Source of the DNA: an uncultured Clostridia bacterium
GTDB lineage: Bacteria; Bacillota; Clostridia; Oscillospirales; JAAYOS01
NCBI GenBank assembly: GCA_947631015.1
Contig: CANRJS010000004.1
Location: forward strand, 48,913 to 112,912
DNA: 64,000 bases
Direction: 5' to 3'
The translations under genes were made by a program, and so were the position numbers. Numbering within the stretch: the stretch's first letter is position 1; the number at the start of each line of letters is the position of its first letter. Shown one piece after another: positions 30,882 to 37,545 of this stretch. The notes under the pieces are model-generated. The model ran no database searches. It was not told the DNA's origin and saw only the letters and a list, made by a program, of their open reading frames with translations.

Positions 30882-31397
30882 CTATTTCTCCGAGTTGTCA
30901 AAGAGCCAGATATTTCCCGGCGTGCCGTCGTGATACTCGCTGCCGGGGACTGCCTCGAAAAGCGTCCCCTTTCCGCCGGTGTACTCGGTCACCACTCTGT
31001 CCCAGAACAGCTTCGACGGGACGTTCGTCGGCAGATACTTGAGCTGCCAGCGTCCCCGGAACATATCAAACACCGTCCGCGCAGCCCACGAGCCGACGCC
31101 CATCCGCTTATATCTGTTCATCACAAAGAACTCCGCGAGAGCATAGTCGCACTTCTCCCCCGGAAGCTCCGGGAAGTCGCTCACCATCACGAAGCCCGCG
31201 AGCTTTCCGTCCGCCGTGATGAAGAACGCCCAGCGGTTCTTCTCCGTCCAGTAGCAGTCGAGCCAGTCGTAGCCGTAGAGGCCGAGCGGGCTGACGTCGG
31301 TCTTTTCGTAGAGCGAGAAGTCGTAGAGGTACTTTTCCATGAGGTTAGAGAGTATCGGCTTTTCGTCCGCCGTCACCCTTCTCAGTTCAAGCTTCAT
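30882..31397 (-). CDS. GNAT family N-acetyltransferase
   Basis: 171 aa with the acetyl-CoA binding motif RYKRMGVGSWA (R-x-x-G-x-G/A). Confidence 0.8.
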   Translation of the reverse strand: MKLELRRVTADEKPILSNLMEKYLYDFSLYEKTDVSPLGLYGYDWLDCYWTEKNRWAFFITADGKLAGFVMVSDFPELPGEKCDYALAEFFVMNRYKRMGVGSWAARTVFDMFRGRWQLKYLPTNVPSKLFWDRVVTEYTGGKGTLFEAVPGSEYHDGTPGNIWLFDNSEK

Positions 31398-31473
31398 AGT
31401 TTTTCCTTTCCGCGCCCTGTCGTGTACTATCGGACAAGATTATAAACGATTTACCGCATTTTGTCAAATTGAT

Positions 31474-31501
31474 TGACTTCCGCCCCGTCCTGTGCTATGA
31501 T
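31474..31501 (+). promoter_or_regulatory. Candidate nagB promoter (extended -10)
   Basis: TTGACT (31474-31479), 16 nt, with TGC preceding TATGAT (31496-31501). Confidence 0.55.
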
Positions 31502-31554
31502 TTTACAAAAGAGAGCGCATATTACACTACAAAAGCGCCGTTTCGGAGGATATT

Positions 31555-32286
31555 ATGAACATCATTTCCGCAAAGAACTACTCGGACCTCAGCCGCCGTG
31601 CAGCGGGATTCATCGCCGCGCAGGTGACGCTGAAGCCGGACTGCGTCCTCGGGCTCGCGACCGGCTCCACGCCGATAGGCATCTACCGCGACCTCATAGA
31701 GCGCTACCGCCGCGACGAGCTCGACTTCTCCCGCGTCCGCGCGGTGAACCTCGACGAGTACAGGGGCCTCGCGCCGACGCACCCGAGAAGCTACGCCTTC
31801 TATATGCGCGAGCATCTGTTTGAGCACGTCAACATCGACGAGGACGACTGCTTTCTCCCGGACGGCCTCGCCGAGGACGCCGAGGTGGAGTGCGCCCGCT
31901 ACGACGAACTTATAGAGGAGCTCAGCGGCATCGACCTTCAGCTTCTCGGCCTCGGTCACAACGGACACATCGGCTTCAACGAACCCGGCGATGCATTTAT
32001 ACCCGACACCCATCTCGTCACCCTCAGTGAAAGCACGATAGAGGCGAACAGCCGTTTCTTCGACGAGGGCGAGGCACAGCCGACAAGCGCGTACACCCTC
32101 GGCATACGCGGGATACTCTCCGCGCGGAGGATACTGCTTGTCGTCTCCGGCGCGTCTAAGGCGGAGGCTCTGCAAAGCGCGCTCTGCGGCCCGGTGACGC
32201 CGCGCTGCCCCGCGTCGGTGCTCCAGCTCCACCCGGACGTCACCGTCATAGCGGACGAGGACGCGCTTTCGAAAATGGGGCTTTGA
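31555..32286 (+). CDS. nagB: Glucosamine-6-phosphate deaminase
   Basis: 243 aa with GLATGSTP and GLGHNGHIGFNEPG motifs. Confidence 0.93.
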   Translation: MNIISAKNYSDLSRRAAGFIAAQVTLKPDCVLGLATGSTPIGIYRDLIERYRRDELDFSRVRAVNLDEYRGLAPTHPRSYAFYMREHLFEHVNIDEDDCFLPDGLAEDAEVECARYDELIEELSGIDLQLLGLGHNGHIGFNEPGDAFIPDTHLVTLSESTIEANSRFFDEGEAQPTSAYTLGIRGILSARRILLVVSGASKAEALQSALCGPVTPRCPASVLQLHPDVTVIADEDALSKMGL

Positions 32287-32406
32287 CCCGCCCGTGCGAT
32301 GGCACAACAAGCAGACGGCAGGAATTTACGGGGAGGCTCAGATGGCAAAAGGGATAAGAGCCTGACCGTCGGCCGCTGAACCCGCCGAACCTTCCAACAA
32401 GCACAA

Positions 32407-32432
32407 AAGCGCCCGCCGAGTGGCGGGCGCTT
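32407..32432. terminator. Bidirectional terminator between nagB and the convergent minus-strand operon
   Basis: AAGCGCCCGCC-GAGT-GGCGGGCGCTT with T-rich tails in both orientations. Confidence 0.75.
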
Positions 32433-32460
32433 CTCTGTTTTCCGTTCTATCTGCCGGCGA

Positions 32461-33195
32461 TCATTCCGCCTTGCGGATGAGTATGAGCGGCGTCAGCTCG
32501 TCCGACTGACCGGCCGGGTTGTCGCGGATCATCTCAAGGAACACCTCGTCGCTCACCGGACGCTTCTCCGGCCCGCCGAGTATCTCGCGCTCGAGGTCGT
32601 TCGCGTCGACGATGTAGCAGGTGATGCCGGTCTCGCGGCCTATCTCCGAGCAGACCTTGTCCGGCTCGCGCGGGTTGAGTATCGCCATCGTCTTGTACAC
32701 GTCGAAGGAGGAGTGCGAATAGAAGCCGTCAATGCCGGCTATCCCGTGCCCCGCGACCTTGTAGAACACGCCCTTCTTGCCGAACAGTTTGCCTATGACG
32801 TGGCAGAAGCACGCGAAAAGTATCCTCGGCAGACCGGCAAGGTCTATGGCAAGCTGCAGCTTGTACGGCTCGTCCATGCCGATGCCCGCGGTCGAGCGGG
32901 ACGCGAACTTCGAAAGGTGCTTTGCAAACCATCCGAGCTTCACGTCCTTCATTTCGACGACGTTGTTCTGGCACATGCCGATTATCTTCTCGCTCACCGA
33001 GAGGATGTCCCCCTCCCGGTAGAGCGGCAGGACGTACCGCTTCATCAGCTCGACGTAGCTCTCGCCGCGCTCGACGAAGTGCGTCTGTATCGCGAGGCGG
33101 TCATAGACCTCCCCGCCCGCCGTTATCTGCGGACGGATGAAGTACGTCACATCCCCCTGTGTGCGCTTTGCCTCATCAGAATTTCTGAACGCCAT
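32461..33195 (-). CDS. F420-0:gamma-glutamyl ligase (CofE)-like domain protein
   Basis: 244 aa. Overall pattern (SEKIIGMCQ.., GIGMDEPYKLQLAID.., ITCYIVDANDL) resembles the CofE-like family found in non-F420 Firmicutes. Assigned from memory, not searched. Confidence 0.5.
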   Translation of the reverse strand: MAFRNSDEAKRTQGDVTYFIRPQITAGGEVYDRLAIQTHFVERGESYVELMKRYVLPLYREGDILSVSEKIIGMCQNNVVEMKDVKLGWFAKHLSKFASRSTAGIGMDEPYKLQLAIDLAGLPRILFACFCHVIGKLFGKKGVFYKVAGHGIAGIDGFYSHSSFDVYKTMAILNPREPDKVCSEIGRETGITCYIVDANDLEREILGGPEKRPVSDEVFLEMIRDNPAGQSDELTPLILIRKAE

Positions 33196-33222
33196 AACAT
33201 ATCCCCCTGTCTTGATATTCCT

Positions 33223-34404
33223 TTATCCGTCGATTTCGATACCGCCGCCGCCTTCGGAGAAGATCGGCTCGATTTCCCATGAATACGGCTCCTCCGCCGT
33301 CTGCGGAAGTCCCTGCGGGCTCCACTTCAGCTCGCCCTCTGCCTCCGCGTCTGTTCCGAAAAGAAAGCTCTCGTTTGCGTAGTAGTCGCAGAGCGAGGCG
33401 TCCACGTGATACCACAGTCCGTCCAGCTCCACGAGGTTCCAGCTGTGCTCCGCGCCGTTCCAACGCCCGTCCACGCGGCGCGTCTCTATGCCGAGCTCGC
33501 CGCAGAGCGCCGAGAGTGCGAGCGCGTATCCCTCGCTCGCCGCCGCGCCGTCCACAAGCGCCCCGTAAGCGTTGCGGACGTCGCCCGCGCCCTCCGTGTC
33601 ATAATCGTCGTACTCCGGCTCGTCCACGAACTCGCACCGCTCGCAGAGCGCGCGGACGAGGCCGCGCACCGTCTCCGCCGCGCCGTCCTCTTCGACGGAG
33701 GCGGAGGCAAGCATCCCGCCTATCGCATCCTCGAGCGCGGTCTGCCGCGCCCGAAGCGTTTCCACGGGATAGGGATAGGTGAACTTCACCTCGATTATCC
33801 GGCTGAGGCCGCTCGACGGGTAGACGTTCACCTCTATCGAGGGACTGCCGAGCGAGACGAACGGGTCGCTTTCCATGTACTCGGCCACTATCTTCGCGGC
33901 GTCGTAGCTCTCCTCGACGTAGTAGGAGACCTCCGCCGTAAGCTCCGAGCCGAACTCCCTGAGCGTCGAAAGCAGCTCCGCGCGGAAGTCCGCCGCCCTG
34001 CTCACGCTCTTTATGCGGTCAAGCTCCTCGCGGCTGCGCGAATAGGTTATCGAGACGCTTGCCTCGTAGTTTGCGAGCACCCTCACGCAGTTGTAGGACA
34101 TGTACTCGACGCCGTAAGCGCCGAGAGGCTCGTCGTTTGTGACCTCGCTGCACGCGGTGCGGAGGTCGTTTTCCGCGTTCCCGTCGTAGCCCGCGAGGGT
34201 GACGGTACCCTCCTCCAGTCCCGCTTCGACGAAATGGAGAATTGCGCCGCGCAGCTCGGTGTAGTTCGAGGCTCTGAGCTCTCCGTTGTGCTCGTGCGTA
34301 ATGGTACTGCTGTCGAGATGCGGATGGATATCCGAATAGCTGCTCGGGCCGCAGGCGCAGAGCAGAAGCGCCGCCGCAAGCGTCAGCGCGGCAAGCCTTT
34401 TCAA
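33223..34404 (-). CDS. Lipoprotein with a C-terminal transglutaminase-like core domain
   Basis: TTG start with RBS GGAGG. Lipobox LLLCAC-G. C-terminal ..GAAASEGYALALSALCGELGIETRRVDG...HSWNLVELDGLWYHVDAS resembles the transglutaminase core (Cys/His/Asp) but has Ser at the Cys position. Confidence 0.7.
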   Translation of the reverse strand: MKRLAALTLAAALLLCACGPSSYSDIHPHLDSSTITHEHNGELRASNYTELRGAILHFVEAGLEEGTVTLAGYDGNAENDLRTACSEVTNDEPLGAYGVEYMSYNCVRVLANYEASVSITYSRSREELDRIKSVSRAADFRAELLSTLREFGSELTAEVSYYVEESYDAAKIVAEYMESDPFVSLGSPSIEVNVYPSSGLSRIIEVKFTYPYPVETLRARQTALEDAIGGMLASASVEEDGAAETVRGLVRALCERCEFVDEPEYDDYDTEGAGDVRNAYGALVDGAAASEGYALALSALCGELGIETRRVDGRWNGAEHSWNLVELDGLWYHVDASLCDYYANESFLFGTDAEAEGELKWSPQGLPQTAEEPYSWEIEPIFSEGGGGIEIDG

Positions 34405-34558
34405 AGCCTCTCCTCCTCTCCGTTTCGCTTTCTATATTTTCTCACGATTTGCCGTTTATTGCAAGCCCTTTTCCTTTACAAGTTTGTTCCCGCGTGATAT
34501 ACTTGTCTGCGGGGCGCGGCGCCGTGCCGCTCCCATACATAAAGAGACGGGTGAAAAG

Positions 34559-35215
34559 ATGCGTGTGAAAGCAGTCCTCTGGGACATGGACGGAGTTATA
34601 ATAGACAGCGAGAGGTTCTACTGGGAGGAGATGGACCGCTTCTACGAGGGGATAGGCGTGTTTCTCTCCCCCGAGCGGAAGCGGAGCTTCATCGGCTCCT
34701 CCGCGATGATAAACTCCGCAAACGTCAAGAAGTGGTACCCTGACCTTCCGCAGACGGCGGAGGAGCTGTGCGCCGGTCACAAGGCCGCGCTCCTGCGCGG
34801 GATAATGCGTGTGGACGGGCTCATCCCCGGCGTCGGGGAATGGCTCTCGCGCCTCCGCGCCGCAGGCGTGAAGAACGCCGTCGCGACGAGCTCCACCGGT
34901 GAGATGCTTGACTGGGCGACGCGCGCGCTCCGCCTCGACGAGATATTCGACACCATCGTCACCGCCATGGACGTCCCGCGCGCGAAGCCCAACCCGGACA
35001 TCTTCCTCGAGGCGGCGCGCCGCTTCGGCGCGGAGCCGCGGGACTGCCTCGTCATGGAGGACTCACAGAACGGCGTCCTCGCGGCGAAGGCAGCAGGGAT
35101 GCGCGTCGCGGTCTTCACCGGCGCGCCCGGACTTTCCGGCGCGCCCACGCCGGAGGGCGGCGACTATATCTTTGACAGGTACGACGACGCCGCTTTCGAT
35201 ATGCTTTTCAAGTAA
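34559..35215 (+). CDS. HAD-IA family hydrolase (beta-phosphoglucomutase/phosphatase-like)
   Basis: 218 aa from ATG 34559. Motif I LWDMDGVIIDSE, motif II ATSS, motif IV MEDSQNG. Confidence 0.85.
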   Translation: MRVKAVLWDMDGVIIDSERFYWEEMDRFYEGIGVFLSPERKRSFIGSSAMINSANVKKWYPDLPQTAEELCAGHKAALLRGIMRVDGLIPGVGEWLSRLRAAGVKNAVATSSTGEMLDWATRALRLDEIFDTIVTAMDVPRAKPNPDIFLEAARRFGAEPRDCLVMEDSQNGVLAAKAAGMRVAVFTGAPGLSGAPTPEGGDYIFDRYDDAAFDMLFK

Positions 35216-35281
35216 ATTCGTCCTTTCGGACACAAAACCACCCGCACAAACCCGTCCGACCGCCAAATAATACTAAAAAGT

Positions 35282-35320
35282 CGCCCGCACATCGGTTTTC
35301 GATGTGCGGGCGGTCTTTTT
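35282..35320. terminator. Bidirectional terminator
   Basis: CGCCCGCACATCG-GTTTT-CGATGTGCGGGCG followed by GTCTTTTT. A-run on the other side. Confidence 0.75.
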
Positions 35321-35628
35321 CAGCCGGACAGTCCGTTTCTTTCGGTTATTTTACACAGTATATGTATAGCGTACGCCGTGACCGATGAGAGTATAGCCAG
35401 TCCGAGCATGCTTGCCTGCAAGGCAAGAAGCCCTACGCAAAAGTCGTCGCTGTACTTTCCAAAGGCTTCCCGCGCGGTAGTGACGATGCTGAATATTACC
35501 GGCGCCACCACATGCATCATATGCTCCCAACCGAGCGGCGTCCAATAGCACGATATTTTCGCGGCTATATAAAAGAGTATAGCTAAGACAATAGCGGCCG
35601 TCCGCGCTCTTTCCAGCTTGTATACCAT
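35320..35628 (-). CDS. Hypothetical small membrane protein (3 predicted TM helices)
   Basis: 102 aa, RBS AGGAG. A 60-nt sample (35341-35400) hand-counts to 26/60 G+C. No domain recognised. Confidence 0.5.
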   Translation of the reverse strand: MVYKLERARTAAIVLAILFYIAAKISCYWTPLGWEHMMHVVAPVIFSIVTTAREAFGKYSDDFCVGLLALQASMLGLAILSSVTAYAIHILCKITERNGLSG

Positions 35629-35652
35629 GGCAAACTCATACTCCTTTCCGCC

Positions 35653-36148
35653 TCAGCCTCTTTCGTAAATCATTCTAAGCTCCGTGTTGGGTGTGCCGAG
35701 CATGATCTCCGCTTCCGTCCCGTCAAAGCGAAAGCCGTATTGCTCATAGAAACGGATCGCTTTGTCGTTTCCCTTCAACACCCACAGCGCAACTTTTTTT
35801 GTAATTCGACAGCTTATCTAGCGCGGCGTTCATCAGTTCGTATCCTATCTTTTGACCCTGAAACTCCGCAAGGACATAGATCGCATAGACCTCGCCGTGT
35901 TCGGGGAGAGTTTCGTCCCGATAGGAGCCGTATCCTGCAAAACCCACCCCTTTTTCTCCGTCCTTGGCTACAAGAATGTTGTCGGACCACTTGTGCGCGG
36001 TATTTATGCACTTTTCAAGGGTATGCCGCTCCAGATATGCTGGGTCGACAAGACCCGGGTAGGTTTCCTGCCATGATTTGTAGTGGACGTATCCCTTGCC
36101 GTTTATTTCGTCCTCGCTCTCCATCGGTTTGATAATATATCGGCTCAT
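35653..36148 (-). pseudogene. GNAT family N-acetyltransferase interrupted by a frameshift in an A7 run
   Basis: Frame 1 gives 134 aa ending ..LDKLSNYKKSCAVGVEGKRQSDPFL*. Removing one A from the run at 35794-35800 yields ..NYKKVALWVLKGNDKAIRFYEQYGFRFDGTEAEIMLGTPNTELRMIYERG*, a canonical GNAT C-terminus. The Q-x-x-G-x-x motif EFQGQKIGYELM lies upstream. Confidence 0.8.
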
Positions 36149-36210
36149 GCTTGCTCCTTAAATGTTACCAGACCTCTGTTTCAAACCTCCGCATATACCG
36201 AACGGAGCTT

Positions 36211-37545
36211 CTACTCCCCCACAGCGGCGGGTTCCGCCGCCTGCTCCTCCGGTGCGGACGCGTCCTGCGCCGCTTCCGCGCGTTCGAGCGCGCGGCGGGC
36301 GTTTGCGAGCATCAGCTTGAGGCGGTTCTCCTGGTTGACCGAGGTCGTGCCGGGGTCGTAGTCTATGGCGACGATGTTCGCGTTCGGATGCGCCTCGCGC
36401 ACTGGACGCATCATGCCCTTGCCGACGATGTGGTTTGGCAGGCACCCGAACGGCTGCGTGCAGACGATATTCGTCACGCCCGAATTTATCAGCTCGAGCA
36501 TCTCGGCGGTGAGGAGCCATCCCTCGCCCATCTTGTTGCCGTAGCCGAGGAAACCCTTCACCATCTCCTTGATATCCGCGTAGCGCGCGGGGACGGGGTA
36601 CCCGTCCGCGTAGCTTATACACTCGCGCAGGAGGTCCTGATAGCCGATGATGTAGTTGCGGAGCACGGTCGCGACGGCCTTCTTTGCGGCCTTGCCGCCG
36701 TATATCACGCTGTCCTCAACGCGGTTGTCCACCTTGAAAATGAGGAAGTCCATCAGTCCCGGGACAATCACCTCCGCGCCCTCGCTCCGCAGGAAGCGCT
36801 CGAGGTTGTTGTTGCCGAGCGGCGCGAACTTGACGTATATCTCGCCCACGACGCCGACGCGCGGCTTCTTCACGTCCGAGAGCTTCAGCGCGCCGAAGTC
36901 GCGCGCGATGGCGAGCAGGTTCTCGCGGACCTTCTTCTTGTTGGGTAGCTTCGTATGGCTCATCTCGTCGGAGAGGCGCGTCGTCCACTTCTTCACGAGC
37001 GCGTCGGTCTCGCCGGCGTTCACTTCGTAGGCGCGGGAACGGTTCGAGAGCCACATCAGCGCGTCTCCGTACACGACGCCGGTGATGAGACGGCTTATCA
37101 GCGGCAGCGTCATCTTAAAGCCGGGGTTGCTCTCGAGGCCGGAGAGGTTAAGCGAAATGACCGGCACCTTGTCAAAGCCCGCCTTCTTCAGTCCCTTGCG
37201 GAGCAGATGTATGTAGTTCGAGGCACGGCATCCGCCGCCGGTCTGGGTTATCATCAGCGCGACGTGGTCCATGTCGTACTTCCCGCTCTTGAGAGCGTCT
37301 ATCATCTGGCCTATAACGAGCAGCGCCGGGAAGCAAATGTCGTTGTGGACGTGCTTCAGTCCCGCGTCGATTATCCCCCGGTGCGTGGTGTTCAGCACCT
37401 CGACCTTGAGTCCTTCGAGGCTCAGCGCCTTCGTTATGAACTCGAAGTGTATCGGCAGCATCTGCGGAACGAGGACGGTGTAGCTGTCCCGCATCTCCTT
37501 AGTGAAGAGCAGACGCCCGTCCTTTGTGTATTTCAGCTCAGCCAC
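36211..37545 (-). CDS. Activase-associated protein (COG3580/3581-like, 2-hydroxyacyl-CoA dehydratase-related fold), function unknown
   Basis: 444 aa. Start overlaps the stop of the upstream activase gene by 8 nt. Conserved Cys-containing motifs (GGGCRASNYIHLLRK, CTQPFGCLPNH). This family is commonly fused to or adjacent to double BcrAD/BadFG ATPases. Confidence 0.65.
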   Translation of the reverse strand: MAELKYTKDGRLLFTKEMRDSYTVLVPQMLPIHFEFITKALSLEGLKVEVLNTTHRGIIDAGLKHVHNDICFPALLVIGQMIDALKSGKYDMDHVALMITQTGGGCRASNYIHLLRKGLKKAGFDKVPVISLNLSGLESNPGFKMTLPLISRLITGVVYGDALMWLSNRSRAYEVNAGETDALVKKWTTRLSDEMSHTKLPNKKKVRENLLAIARDFGALKLSDVKKPRVGVVGEIYVKFAPLGNNNLERFLRSEGAEVIVPGLMDFLIFKVDNRVEDSVIYGGKAAKKAVATVLRNYIIGYQDLLRECISYADGYPVPARYADIKEMVKGFLGYGNKMGEGWLLTAEMLELINSGVTNIVCTQPFGCLPNHIVGKGMMRPVREAHPNANIVAIDYDPGTTSVNQENRLKLMLANARRALERAEAAQDASAPEEQAAEPAAVGE

